NCBI GenBank assembly: GCA_947588735.1
Contig: CANQAD010000002.1
Coordinates: forward strand, 2,314-66,313
Direction of reading: 5' to 3'
Length of the DNA stretch: 64,000 bases
From: an uncultured Akkermansia sp.
GTDB taxonomy: Bacteria > Verrucomicrobiota > Verrucomicrobiia > Verrucomicrobiales > Akkermansiaceae
Part shown: one piece after another, positions 1 to 10,719 of the stretch
How positions within the stretch are numbered: the stretch's first letter is position 1
How the letters are laid out: each line of letters begins with the position of its first letter
Notes under the pieces: model-generated
Databases searched by the model: none
Told to the model about the DNA's origin: nothing
Seen by the model: the letters and a program-made list of their open reading frames with translations, nothing else
Translations under genes and position numbers: made by a program

Positions 1-3000
1 CTCGCAGTGTCCTTGAGACTGACAACGCCGTCCGTATTCACGGTCAACGTGCCGATGGTGTTCTCAATCTCCCCTGTCTCGCCCAGGGTCAAGGTGCTGG
101 ACTGCTCACCCTTCTTGCCGCCCACCGTGCCGCTGCTAGCGTTCATCCCGCCCTTCACGGTCATCTGCCCGCCGGTCGCCAGCGTGATGGCGCCGCCTAC
201 CACTAAGGCTCCGTCCTCCGTCAACACCGCGCTGCCGCTGTAGCTGCCGCCCACCTCCACCGTGCCGCCCTCGCTCACGGTGAAGGCCTGTTCATTCACC
301 ATCTTCCCAGTCGCGGTGAGTGTGCCGCCATTCACCGAAGAAGTGACGCCACTTTGCCACCCGAAGGACACATCACCGTACACGGTGATGCTACTCTCGC
401 TCCCTGTCAGCGCAATGCTCCGCACCTGCAAGAGCACGTTGCTGTGCGTCCCTTCATCGCCCACGATCAGCGTACCGGTTGTCGTAGCATCTCCCACGGT
501 CAACGCCCCGGCGTGCGCCTTGCTGAAATATTTGGCGTTGCTACCCTCATTGCCATGGAGTCCGCCCATGGCGGTCAGTTGGGCGCCGCCCTTCACCGTG
601 ATCGCGCCATTCACGTCATTATTCGGGTCGTCATGGATGTTGAGCGTGCCGTTCACCGTCATGGTGACGTCTGCCCCGTTCAGCTCAATGCTTCCTCCGC
701 CATTCAGACTCGTTGCATCGCCGCTGTAATTCCCGCCGATGGTCACGGTTCCGCCCGTCACTTTCAGTGTCTCCTGGTTCACCATGTCGCCCTGCACATC
801 CAGCGTGCCTCCGGCAATGGTGGAAGTGACGCCACCCCCCGGCGCCGTTCCGTCATAGCCCAGCGAGAGATTGCCGTACACCGTGACCGTGCTGCTGTTG
901 CTCATGTCGAGGCTGTACACCTGCAAAAGCGGTCTGTTGGCGGCATCTCCCGTTTCTTCTGCTGCATCAAAGGCCTGCTGCGTCCCGATCGTTACAGTGC
1001 CTGCAGCATCTTCGCTCCCCACCACGAGCTTGCCGGCATGGGCATGGTTGTAGTACTGGCCGCTATGCTCAGCACCGTCCACCCCGTAGAGCGAGCCCGT
1101 CACGGTCAGTGTTCCTCCCACCACGCTGATGGTGTTGAGATCCCCGCCCGCCATTTCCTTGACGTATAGGTCCGTTTCCACTGACACCGACGAACTTCCC
1201 GTCACACTGACCCCTCCCTCCACCTGCAGCTTCCCGTTTTGGATCGTCAGCGTACCGGCCTCCACACTCAACGCGCCCTTTATGCTGGAATCCGCCGTGC
1301 CGTTGATGGTGGTGCTGGTGTGCCCGGTTCCCAACGTCAGAGTCCCCGTGAGTTCGCTGGTCAAAGTACTTGCCGTGTTGGTTCCCGTGAGTGTGGCCGC
1401 CGTACCTGTCAACTTGAGCTTGCTCGCAGCGACATTGCCCACGCTGAAGCTCGCCCCATTCCCCGCCAATTCCAAGGTCACCCCCTCAGCAAAGGCAAGA
1501 TGCCTGGCACCAAAATTGTCCTCCTGGTTCCCATCGGCGAAATGGATCCTGAACGTGCCCAAGCCCGTTACGTTGATGGATTGCGTTCTGCCGCTGGTCT
1601 GCCATCCTATGGCGCCATGCTCTCCCAGTTCAAAGACAGACCCTTCCCCCACCAATTCGACCCCTTGACCACTGTCGCCCAGTAAGAGCTCAGGCGTGTT
1701 TTCTGCCCCTCCAAGACGATCAAACTTCGCAGTTGTATGGTCTTCGACAACAAATTTATTGCTATCAATGCACGCCTTCACACCGAAGGTCGTATCTGTC
1801 CCCACCGTAATGGCGCCCACCGAATGAATTTCTTTTCTGTCCCCTGTCCCTTCCTGAACCAAGATTCCTCCATTCCCCGTCCCAGAAAAGAAGAGTTTGC
1901 CGGCCACTACACTCCCGGATACGGTGACGGTAGCGGGGCTATCCGTGCTGTTGTTGAAGAGGACGTTCTTATTTGTCGCAGACGGTCCGGTACCACCTTC
2001 GCTCCAATCATTCGTTCCTTCCGCCGTCGTCGCACTCCACGTGAAGTCTGTGTCCTCAGCAGACGCGCTCCATTCGAGCAGGTTGTCTAGATTGATGGTC
2101 AGATAACCATCGGTTCCAAGGGTCACTCTGTAACCTGCCACCGCGGTAATGTGCCCCTGCAGCGCTGCCACTATCTCGCTTAACCTATCCCCAGAGAAAA
2201 GCTGCAGCCTATACTCCGAACTCGGCTGCTGAGTTTCCAGGTAATTCACGTAATCGCTGAGGTTGATTAAATCCAAGGTCAGCGTGTGGCCGTTGAGAGC
2301 CAGTGCCCCAAGCTGCAGCATGCTGTACCCCTCTGCACTGAAGGTGAGCTGCAAATGTGCATTGTTTTGCAACTCCAGTGTGCCCAATTTGTTCTCTCCA
2401 GCGGCTTGAAGAACCAAATGCCCGTTGTTGGCGCTTATCGTCACCTTCCCGCTCTCGGCTTCCAGAAGCCCGCCAACATTCAGTTTGCTTCCGCCCGTCA
2501 CGTTAACCGCAGCATTTTCTCCAATGGTCAGACTGCCAGTAATGGTGAGAGCATTGCCACCGGCTAAGGAAGCTCCAAAACCATTGGCGCCGGAGCCGCT
2601 TACAGAGACATCCCCGTTGATGGTTCCATGATCCATCGTCAAACTTCCGTCGCCACTCACCGTAATATCTCCGGTGATCGCCGTGCCGTTCATGGTAAAT
2701 GTTCCACCGCTCACTTGGATGCCGCCGTTAGCAGTGATGGTACCACCATTCTTTCGCATCGATCCCTCGCTCACCATGATACTACCGTTCACCGTCAACG
2801 CTCCTCCGCCAAAAGTTGCAGTCCCGCCACTCACGAAAACCGAGCCAATCGTCGACGTCCCACCCCCATTCAAGGTGAAGTTTCCACCAGTCACACTTAG
2901 CTCCCCGCTAATGGAGACGGCACCATTGCCCCCTCCCAAGAATGAGGTACCTGCTGAGGTAAGCGAAGTCATGGTCAGTTCACCTGTTCCATTCCATCGC

Positions 3001-6000
3001 AAATTCCTTTGCTCCTCAACCACCACTGCGCCTACGCTGGCTGACGTCATGTCGAGAGTCAGCGCCCCTGTGCCGGTCAGTGTGATATTCGTCTCTTCCG
3101 ACAAAGTGGCCGCACTTCCAAAAGTGAGGCTACCGGACGACACCTTCAGCTCCGCCCCCGTGAACTCTCCACTGTAGGTGAAGGTCTCACTCCCACCAGC
3201 ATACTCAAAGTTTGTGCCGATAGCTCCCCCAAAGCTTCCTCCATTTCCCGTGTACTTCAGCGTCCCATCGCCGCTTATGCTACCGTAGGTCTTTGTCTCT
3301 TCTCCCACGCCATCAAGATTGGTAACGATGAGCGTCTGCTCACTCGCCAGCTTCACCTCCCCATATTGCCCCACATGAAGGGTGACGATGCTGCTTTCCA
3401 CCGGGCTGACCGGATCCTCCGCCCCCAAGTCTCCCAAGATCAATTGACTGACATTATCCCCCCCTGTGCCGGTGATGGTCACGGTTGCATTGCTACCCAT
3501 ACTTCCCTTCACGGTCAAAGATGCGCCGCTTTCAATCGTGACATCCCCCGCCTTTGTACCATTCCCGCCTTGAGGATAATTCCCTCCGAGCTTTCCAATT
3601 GTCACCTGAGCTCCGTCCGAGATCGTCAACGTCTTGTTATTATTAACCCGCAAGCCAGATGTTATCGTGAGAGATGTCTCATGACCGCTCACCGTAAAAT
3701 CCCCGCTGACAGCCACTCCGTATCCGGCGTTAGTGCCGGTTAAAGCGCCTGTCACGTTCACTGTTCCACCGACAATACGCGTTTCCGCATCCGATACGAT
3801 CAGGGTGTCAAGCTGAACAGCCCCACCCCCTGACATGAATGCAGTTGTGCTGGCTGCACCTGAAAGACTCAGTCCTCCAGTGACGGTTAAATCCCCACTT
3901 TCCATCGTTAGGCTGGACAGTGTCAACGCACCATTGGATATCACGCTGCCGCCCGATACCGTCAGATTGGTCAGAGTCAACGCACCATTGGATGTCACGC
4001 TGCCGCCTGATACCGTCAGGTTGGTCAGGTTGACCGTGGCGCCGGCATCCCACGTCACCGAGCTCTGGGCTTCCACATCCAGCGTGGCGCCGGACATCGA
4101 GGCGCCGGAAGCGATGCTCAGTGCGGTGGCTGTGGCGCCATCACCCACTTCGAGGATGTCGCTCCAACTGAGGGACGTGCTGCTGTTTTCCCCGCCAATG
4201 TTCACCGTGCCTGCACCGGTGAGTGTTGCCTTAGTCTCCCCATCATCCTCCGCTGTGCCTTCCAAGGTGACTGATGCGTTCTGGAAAGTTACCGTGGGGT
4301 TAGATTCGCCGGAACTTTCCGCGAGCGTCAACCCACCCGTCAGCTGCAGTACGGAGTCATCCTCACCGGTGAATGTCCACGTGCCGCCCGTCACCTTCAT
4401 GCTCGCCGGACTCACCGTGCCCTCAATTGCCACAGAATGCTCCCCAGAGTCGGCAAAGGTAACGCTATCGCCGTTGGAGAAAGTCCCTGTGGAGCTGCTA
4501 TCAACCGTCCATTGCGCATCCCCGCCGTCTTTCCATGTGCCGACATTGCTGTTCCACGTGAGGTCGTATTTAGAATTGGCATTGTACGTGACATTTCCTT
4601 TTGCATCCACCGAAAGCCCGCGCGAACTGTACGTGCCGCCGAGTGCCTTTACGAGGAAATCCTTGAGCGTGGTCTCGATACCTTCCACCCCGCTCAGGTC
4701 TGTCATGTCGAACAACTGGTACGTCCACGTTCCTCCTTGTTCCTCCAGTCCGGTAAGGGTGAGTTTCAACCCGCTCAACTCCGAAAGTGCGGTCAGCCCC
4801 TGTTGCGTCAGTTTCAACTTCCCGCCCTGCCAAGCGTCCGCGCTGCCGCTCACTTGGATGTTCAGCGTCCATTCTGCCGCTCCTTCCGACAACAGCATCC
4901 CACTGTCCCCGACCTCCAACACGCCGCCCGCGCCAAAGTCCCAAGTCTGCCCGCGTGTGGCAGTCATGCCGCTCAATGCCTTCACAGTGCCGTTGGTCAC
5001 CGTCAGCAATCCCGCCGACACCGTCCCTCCCAACTCCAATGTCCCCCCGGTGACGTTCACAGCATCCGCCACCGTCAACCCTCCGTTGGCCGTAAGTTTG
5101 CTTCCGTTGCCAGCCAACGCAAGGTGATGCCCCGTCAACAGACCTCCCACCGTCAGCGTGCCCGTGTTGCCCTCCTCCGCACCGCCTATGGCGATCCCGC
5201 TTTCAAAGCCAACACCCACCGTTAGCGCACCGCTGATGGTGCCCTCCGCTCCCCAGCCAATCTGCATACCATCGTTTAAAGACTCACCATTTGAGCCAGT
5301 GTAGCCGTACACCGAGAGATTGCCGTACACCGTCAGAGTAGACTTGCCTCCCCCGGAAGTTCCAATCACCGTCACTCCGCTAGCTCGATGTGTCACATTA
5401 TCCACACCGGACTTGCCAAGCGTCAAGGTTCCGACAGAGCTACTCGTCTCATCGTGCTCACCGACCGTTATTTGCCCGCTGCCGCAAACCTCTCCCACAT
5501 TTGGCGCCGCTGTTCCTTTCTTGTTACCGTGCAGATACCCCTCAATCGTCACATTGGCACCATCCGTCACCGTCAGTTTGGCGTAGTTGGATAAATTAGC
5601 ATTCCCGTTCACATGTACCTCGGTCCCTGCTCCGCTCACGCTAATGTTCCTGGATACTGTCAAGAGACCAGCCTGCAATGAGCCCCCTGTGACAGTCAAC
5701 CCCGTTTCATTTAAATCAATGCCGTTTGCACCGACATAGAGTCCGCCGACAAAGCTCAGTTCACCTGCCTGCAAGTCGAGGCTCTTCAAAGTCGTTTGGC
5801 TATCAGTCGTAAACTTTTGGGCGTCACTTCCTTTTTTCACCATGCCCATGCTCTGATTGCTTATGACTCCCCCAAACGTCTGTTCCCCACTGTCGACATC
5901 CAGCACCAACTTGCCGGAGTCGGAGAAAGAGCCATCGCTGCCGGAGAGACCTGCGAAAGTGTAGCCATCTGTCGCCGTCGTACCGACATTCAAGGTGCCT

Positions 6001-9000
6001 CCGTTCATAGTGAGGAGACCGCCTGTCTGTCCATTCTCATAATCCAAGGTTAGAGTACCACCGGTCGAGACTGTGATGTCAGACGTGATCCCACAGCTAA
6101 AGCCGCTTCCCAAAGTCAGACTCCCGTTCGTTACGGTCAGGGTTCCCCCCGAGAAGGCTCCCGTGTAACTGAAAGCCGTTGTCCCACTCCCCTCATACTC
6201 AAAGTTCGAGCTGATAGCTCCCCCAAAACTTCCCCCATTCCCGTTCAGCTTCAACGTGCCGCCGCCGGTGATGGAGCCGTATTGACCACCCACGCCTCCA
6301 AGCGTGGTCACCGTGAGTGTCGAATAATCTCCAAGCGAGACCTGCCCACCGTCCCCGACATTGAGAACGTTGACTGTTGCCCCGACCGGACTGTCATAAG
6401 TGCCCGCTTTTGTGGAAAGCGTGCCGGAGACCTCCAACGTGTTGCCTACGCTTGCTCCATTCCCGAGCAGGAAGGACGCTCCGCCATTCACGGTGACCCT
6501 ACTACTGGCGGCGTTAGTAATGGTTCCGGTGTACTCCCCCTCACTGGTGCCTACAATCGTCAGCACATGACCACCTCCGTAGCTTACCCCACCGTTCCCA
6601 CTCAGTGACTTAACTGTCATGCTCTTCATGAGCTGAAGCGATCCCCCTGCAAGGATAATCCCGTACCCATTCATACCGATTGAGCCCGATGTTGGACTAA
6701 TCTGCAGCTGCGTTCCCTCGTTCATTTCGATGATCCCGCTGCCATTCATCGCGAAACCTTCATCAATCTTCAATACGGCACTCCCACTTCCTCTCACCAC
6801 GAGCTTGTGATTCTGTCCATTAAACGAACCAGCATAATCGCCACTTCCGCCAAAATGCAGCGTAACATTTTCCACGTAAATAGTGGCATCATTCGCCAAC
6901 TCCACATCCCACTTCATCCAATCTTGAGCTGTCACATGAAGCGCTCCTGTGTTTTCGCCATTGCCATGCCCGTCAAGGATGAGTTTTCCATGCTGGGTAT
7001 ATTTGCCTTGGTAGTCAAATACTTGCTGAACCGTTGTTTTCAGGGTGGCTCCGGACGCTATCTTCAATTCGCGCAGGAAGCTCATGCCCTTGCCTATGTT
7101 TGTAGCATTAGCGGCAAGAATCAAGGTGGAGCCGCTTGCCACCTCGAATTGTCCAATTCCCCCATGAGTTTCATCACGCTGCAGATTGGTGTCGCCCTCC
7201 GCGAAAAGAGCAGCGAAAAGATTGTTCTCTCCATTGACAGTCACGGTGCCCCCCGCATTCAGCACCACCGTACCATCGCCGGAGAGCGTGGTGTTGACCC
7301 AGTTGTTCGCCGTGCCATCCGTGATGGTAACTACACCATCCTCACCCACGGTCATGTGACCCAAGCTCTTTGTACCGGTCACCGTACTCTCAAGCGTGAG
7401 AGAGCCGGTTATCTCGCCGCCGGCTACGCTGAACGACGCTAAATTGCTGAAAGTTGCCGACGAACCATCATTCACATACAAATTCCCAGATGCCGTGATG
7501 GATGCTGAGTCCTGCCCGGTAAAGGTGTACGCGCTCTTGCTTGTCACGCGGATATCTCCGGGCGTTAAGTTGCCGGAAACGGTCACGTCCTTCGTAGTTG
7601 CGGTGTCGTCGAATGTGACGGAATCGTGCTCTCCGAAGATCTGCCCCGTTTGCCCTCCCTCCTGCCAGTTGGTTGCAGCCGTATCCCACACATCGCTTGC
7701 GTCACCTCCGGTCCATGTGAGGTCACGGCTTTCAGCGTAGAGAGCATAGCGCACCATGCCGTACTCATCCACAGTCAGACTGGCTCCTTCGTCCGGACTA
7801 AGAAGCTCCTTCAGGAAAGACTCTGCGACGCCATTTGACCACGTACCGCTCAGACCGGTCAAGTCGAAGAGCTGGTACTCCCAGTTGGCTCCAATATGTG
7901 CACCCGTGATGCTGAAATCAATCTGATCCTTCAAATCCAGCAACGCATTCATGACGGTGTCCGTAAGCCGCAGTTTGCCGCCTTCCGTGGTGCTCGCAGC
8001 ATCGATCGTCAATGTCAGTGTCTTGTTCTCACTTATGGTCGGAGACCCCTCCTTCATCTCGAGAACCGCGCCGCCGCTCAGTGAGATCGCCAAGCTCTCC
8101 ACCACGTTCACCGTCGTACCCAGCTTCAGCGTGCCTCCGCTTGCATTCACCCCATTCGCTACGTTCAATGCCCCACCCAGCGTCAAGCTTCCTTGCGACA
8201 TGGTGATGAACGATGCCGTCACCCCCCCGCTCAGCGTAGCAGAGCCATTAACCACATCGAGACCGTAATTGGAGGCAATTGTCACCGCTCCGTTCACGCT
8301 CAATTCACCACCGTTGTCCAGCTTCACGCTCCGCAGATTATCACTATGCCCGTGCAGGGTGCCATCGATGGTGACCTTACTCTTGCCATCAATAATCATG
8401 GCATAGCTCTCCTGACCAGACACATAATTGTAGAAATTGACATTCCCGTAAATGGTCACAACGGAACCTTCCCCCGCATCATCCGCGCTGTTCTGCACGT
8501 ACAAGGACTTCGCCATAAAGGCATCGCCGCTGTAGGAGTGGGACTCTGATTGCGTTCCCACCGTCAGCGTGCCGGATGTTTCAGCTCCGCCCACTTTCAG
8601 GCGACCGGCATGCCCGTTGGTCGTCCCACCCAAAGAACCGGCCGTCACACTACCACCGCCAGCGATAGTGAGTACGGCTTCCGTATCGTTATCGACTATA
8701 CCTAGCTTACCAGTCACCTTCACCGTACCGCCTTGGTTAACAGCGATGGCAACCGAACTGGTCAGATTCCCGCTTAACTCGATCGTACCGCCTCGTCCGA
8801 CGGTAATGGCTGAACCGGCGCCATTGTAATTGCTAGCTGTCCAATTTTTCGCGATCAGATGGGCCTCGTTTCCGTCATCGTTCCCTACTTTAACAACTCC
8901 GCATGTTTCCAAAGTTTCGACAGTCGTCTCCAGAGTACCACCTGTCACGGCAAGGCTGAATACATGGAACAGCTTTGTTCCCTCTGTTATGCCAGCAATC

Positions 9001-10301
9001 TCCTGCGTGCCCGTTCCTTTCTTCTCGAGCGACATGAAGTAGGTGCCATCAGTGCCTATCAAATTCACCTCTGCCTTTAGTTTTTCGCTCCCACTGTAAT
9101 CAATGACCAGTGTGGTGAAAACACCGGATGGCGCCCCAATAAGGCCTGTACCTCTGCCTGCCAACCCGCCGACGATGTAGCGAGTGCCGCCGTTGGTAAG
9201 CGTTCCCTCGACGCCTTCCGCATTGAGGAATTCCAGAGATCCTGCACTCACGTTGAGGATTGCTCCGCCCAAATTCACCTCCAGGCCGTCGTTCCCGGCA
9301 ATCTTCAACTGCAATTTTCCTTGAGAAACCGCCAAATGACTACCGGAGAAAGATCCCGTGAGGGTGTACGTTGAGTTCGATGCTGTACCCTCGAACTCAA
9401 AATCCGACCCAATGCTCCCCGCATAAAGCCCCGATGCCGCCGTGAGCTTCAACGTGCCCTGACCGGTGATCGTACCATACGCACCCCCACTATTCTCGGC
9501 AAAACCGCCCACGGTCAGAATGCTATCTTCGCCAATAACAACCCCTGCGCCACTGCCCAAAGTCAACGTACCCGTTACATCGAAAGTTCCCGCGCCTTGG
9601 AAAGTTACATTCCCACTGCTGATTACAATTCTCCCGGCAGAAAGAGAAAGTGCGTTACCCTCCGCACTGCCGAAAGTGACATCCCCTGCGCGAAAGGTGA
9701 GAGCGCCGGTGATGGTGAGCGTCTGCTCCGTACTTCCGGCTTTGAAGACGTACTTGGTGGTATCGTTCGAAGGAGCGCCCACACTCAGGGAACCCATGGA
9801 CACCCCATTACCCTGACCATCGACTGTCACCGTATTCGTGTCACCGTCGCCAGGTTGTCCCAGCAGGATAACGTCCCGTCCCTCAACAAGAGTGGCTTCT
9901 GAGGTCTCCCAACCATCATTGGCGCTGCTCGCGCTGGTGGAAGCACCCAAAGTAATTGTTCCCGCAGTACCGGACCACGTCAAGGCGTCCCCGGTGGCAA
10001 GGGGCATTACACCCTCCGTGGCAGCAAGCAGCATGATGTCCTCCTCGCTGTTGGCGGCGAGGGGAGCTTGTTCTTTCTCATCTTCACTCTCTGTCCCCAG
10101 CGCGAGCTCGTCACCTGAGGGAGCTGCCAGCGGGGGCTCTTCGTCCGCCTGGGCAGGGGTCGTCGTGCTCCACAGCAGGGAGAAGACGCCCAAGAGAGCC
10201 GTCCCGGAAGCCACGGTGCGCCGCAGCGCGCGGCGTCCGGCGACGGCTGCAAGGCAGGCCAACAGAGCCTTGCGGAGACCAGTAGGTAAATGGAGTTTCA
10301 T
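1..10301 (-). CDS. Giant autotransporter-like / beta-helical surface protein (>3,430 aa, 3' end outside window)
   Basis: ATG at 10301 gives MKLHLPTGLRKALLACLAAVA... The same frame still reads G/T/V/S/N-rich beta-strand sequence at the left edge (..TIGTLTVNTDGVVSLKDTA). The ORF track lists no terminated ORF in this frame, implying no internal stop. The C-terminal barrel is not visible, so 'autotransporter' is inferred. Confidence 0.85.
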   Translation of the reverse strand, partial: MKLHLPTGLRKALLACLAAVAGRRALRRTVASGTALLGVFSLLWSTTTPAQADEEPPLAAPSGDELALGTESEDEKEQAPLAANSEEDIMLLAATEGVMPLATGDALTWSGTAGTITLGASTSASSANDGWETSEATLVEGRDVILLGQPGDGDTNTVTVDGQGNGVSMGSLSVGAPSNDTTKYVFKAGSTEQTLTITGALTFRAGDVTFGSAEGNALSLSAGRIVISSGNVTFQGAGTFDVTGTLTLGSGAGVVIGEDSILTVGGFAENSGGAYGTITGQGTLKLTAASGLYAGSIGSDFEFEGTASNSTYTLTGSFSGSHLAVSQGKLQLKIAGNDGLEVNLGGAILNVSAGSLEFLNAEGVEGTLTNGGTRYIVGGLAGRGTGLIGAPSGVFTTLVIDYSGSEKLKAEVNLIGTDGTYFMSLEKKGTGTQEIAGITEGTKLFHVFSLAVTGGTLETTVETLETCGVVKVGNDDGNEAHLIAKNWTASNYNGAGSAITVGRGGTIELSGNLTSSVAIAVNQGGTVKVTGKLGIVDNDTEAVLTIAGGGSVTAGSLGGTTNGHAGRLKVGGAETSGTLTVGTQSESHSYSGDAFMAKSLYVQNSADDAGEGSVVTIYGNVNFYNYVSGQESYAMIIDGKSKVTIDGTLHGHSDNLRSVKLDNGGELSVNGAVTIASNYGLDVVNGSATLSGGVTASFITMSQGSLTLGGALNVANGVNASGGTLKLGTTVNVVESLAISLSGGAVLEMKEGSPTISENKTLTLTIDAASTTEGGKLRLTDTVMNALLDLKDQIDFSITGAHIGANWEYQLFDLTGLSGTWSNGVAESFLKELLSPDEGASLTVDEYGMVRYALYAESRDLTWTGGDASDVWDTAATNWQEGGQTGQIFGEHDSVTFDDTATTKDVTVSGNLTPGDIRVTSKSAYTFTGQDSASITASGNLYVNDGSSATFSNLASFSVAGGEITGSLTLESTVTGTKSLGHMTVGEDGVVTITDGTANNWVNTTLSGDGTVVLNAGGTVTVNGENNLFAALFAEGDTNLQRDETHGGIGQFEVASGSTLILAANATNIGKGMSFLRELKIASGATLKTTVQQVFDYQGKYTQHGKLILDGHGNGENTGALHVTAQDWMKWDVELANDATIYVENVTLHFGGSGDYAGSFNGQNHKLVVRGSGSAVLKIDEGFAMNGSGIIEMNEGTQLQISPTSGSIGMNGYGIILAGGSLQLMKSMTVKSLSGNGGVSYGGGHVLTIVGTSEGEYTGTITNAASSRVTVNGGASFLLGNGASVGNTLEVSGTLSTKAGTYDSPVGATVNVLNVGDGGQVSLGDYSTLTVTTLGGVGGQYGSITGGGTLKLNGNGGSFGGAISSNFEYEGSGTTAFSYTGAFSGGTLTVTNGSLTLGSGFSCGITSDITVSTGGTLTLDYENGQTGGLLTMNGGTLNVGTTATDGYTFAGLSGSDGSFSDSGKLVLDVDSGEQTFGGVISNQSMGMVKKGSDAQKFTTDSQTTLKSLDLQAGELSFVGGLYVGANGIDLNETGLTVTGGSLQAGLLTVSRNISVSGAGTEVHVNGNANLSNYAKLTVTDGANVTIEGYLHGNKKGTAAPNVGEVCGSGQITVGEHDETSSSVGTLTLGKSGVDNVTHRASGVTVIGTSGGGKSTLTVYGNLSVYGYTGSNGESLNDGMQIGWGAEGTISGALTVGVGFESGIAIGGAEEGNTGTLTVGGLLTGHHLALAGNGSKLTANGGLTVADAVNVTGGTLELGGTVSAGLLTVTNGTVKALSGMTATRGQTWDFGAGGVLEVGDSGMLLSEGAAEWTLNIQVSGSADAWQGGKLKLTQQGLTALSELSGLKLTLTGLEEQGGTWTYQLFDMTDLSGVEGIETTLKDFLVKALGGTYSSRGLSVDAKGNVTYNANSKYDLTWNSNVGTWKDGGDAQWTVDSSSTGTFSNGDSVTFADSGEHSVAIEGTVSPASMKVTGGTWTFTGEDDSVLQLTGGLTLAESSGESNPTVTFQNASVTLEGTAEDDGETKATLTGAGTVNIGGENSSTSLSWSDILEVGDGATATALSIASGASMSGATLDVEAQSSVTWDAGATVNLTNLTVSGGSVTSNGALTLTNLTVSGGSVISNGALTLSSLTMESGDLTVTGGLSLSGAASTTAFMSGGGAVQLDTLIVSDAETRIVGGTVNVTGALTGTNAGYGVAVSGDFTVSGHETSLTITSGLRVNNNKTLTISDGAQVTIGKLGGNYPQGGNGTKAGDVTIESGASLTVKGSMGSNATVTITGTGGDNVSQLILGDLGAEDPVSPVESSIVTLHVGQYGEVKLASEQTLIVTNLDGVGEETKTYGSISGDGTLKYTGNGGSFGGAIGTNFEYAGGSETFTYSGEFTGAELKVSSGSLTFGSAATLSEETNITLTGTGALTLDMTSASVGAVVVEEQRNLRWNGTGELTMTSLTSAGTSFLGGGNGAVSISGELSVTGGNFTLNGGGTSTIGSVFVSGGTATFGGGALTVNGSIMVSEGSMRKNGGTITANGGIQVSGGTFTMNGTAITGDITVSGDGSLTMDHGTINGDVSVSGSGANGFGASLAGGNALTITGSLTIGENAAVNVTGGSKLNVGGLLEAESGKVTISANNGHLVLQAAGENKLGTLELQNNAHLQLTFSAEGYSMLQLGALALNGHTLTLDLINLSDYVNYLETQQPSSEYRLQLFSGDRLSEIVAALQGHITAVAGYRVTLGTDGYLTINLDNLLEWSASAEDTDFTWSATTAEGTNDWSEGGTGPSATNKNVLFNNSTDSPATVTVSGSVVAGKLFFSGTGNGGILVQEGTGDRKEIHSVGAITVGTDTTFGVKACIDSNKFVVEDHTTAKFDRLGGAENTPELLLGDSGQGVELVGEGSVFELGEHGAIGWQTSGRTQSINVTGLGTFRIHFADGNQEDNFGARHLAFAEGVTLELAGNGASFSVGNVAASKLKLTGTAATLTGTNTASTLTSELTGTLTLGTGHTSTTINGTADSSIKGALSVEAGTLTIQNGKLQVEGGVSVTGSSSVSVETDLYVKEMAGGDLNTISVVGGTLTVTGSLYGVDGAEHSGQYYNHAHAGKLVVGSEDAAGTVTIGTQQAFDAAEETGDAANRPLLQVYSLDMSNSSTVTVYGNLSLGYDGTAPGGGVTSTIAGGTLDVQGDMVNQETLKVTGGTVTIGGNYSGDATSLNGGGSIELNGADVTMTVNGTLNIHDDPNNDVNGAITVKGGAQLTAMGGLHGNEGSNAKYFSKAHAGALTVGDATTTGTLIVGDEGTHSNVLLQVRSIALTGSESSITVYGDVSFGWQSGVTSSVNGGTLTATGKMVNEQAFTVSEGGTVEVGGSYSGSAVLTEDGALVVGGAITLATGGQMTVKGGMNASSGTVGGKKGEQSSTLTLGETGEIENTIGTLTVNTDGVVSLKDTA
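3922..4029 (-). repeat. 54-bp in-frame tandem duplication inside the giant gene
   Basis: gtcaacgcaccattggat.tcacgctgccgcc.gataccgtcag.ttggtcag starts at 3922 and again at 3976. It encodes LTNLTVSGGSV(T/I)SNGALT twice. Confidence 0.9.
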
Positions 10302-10379
10302 GATGCTGAATGACGGTGAATTGCAGTCGCGGGGGCGCGCGCTGCACGCGCGTGGAGTCTCCCACGGGGTACTCAGCCT

Positions 10380-10683
10380 ACCTCTTTTCAAAAGAGATAT
10401 ACAGCTCGTCTTTCATGCAATAAACTCACTACAAACAATTTTTGCATGATCATCCTCCTCATTTTTTGAGATGTGCATCGGGGGAAATTTTTCGTGTCAT
10501 ACTTGATTTTCGGGCATTTGCGGGCGGTCGTTGACAATCTCTTTTGAAAAGAGATTTCCGCGTTTCATCTCATTTAATATATTCATAATAAGTAAGATAA
10601 ACAATGAATCTGTTTTCTCGCGCCCTGTCAAGAAAAAAAGATTTCATTGAAAAAGATGCTGGACATCTCCTTTGAAAAGAGAT
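10380..10683. promoter_or_regulatory. Three copies of palindrome ATCTCTTTTsAAAAGAGAT (putative operators)
   Basis: 10380-10398 acctcttttcaaaagagat; 10536-10556 aatctcttttgaaaagagatt (perfect 10-1-10); 10665-10683 atctcctttgaaaagagat. All lie in the AT-rich divergent region upstream of the giant gene. Confidence 0.7.
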
Positions 10684-10719
10684 AACCACTGTTTTTTGGG
10701 GTGCTTTCAGGGAGGAGGT

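Noticed and set aside
7-10449. Many long + strand ORFs (e.g. 3835-5127, 354-1169)
   Set aside because: Antisense shadows of the giant minus-strand gene. Their V/P/T/S-rich composition reflects its codon bias.
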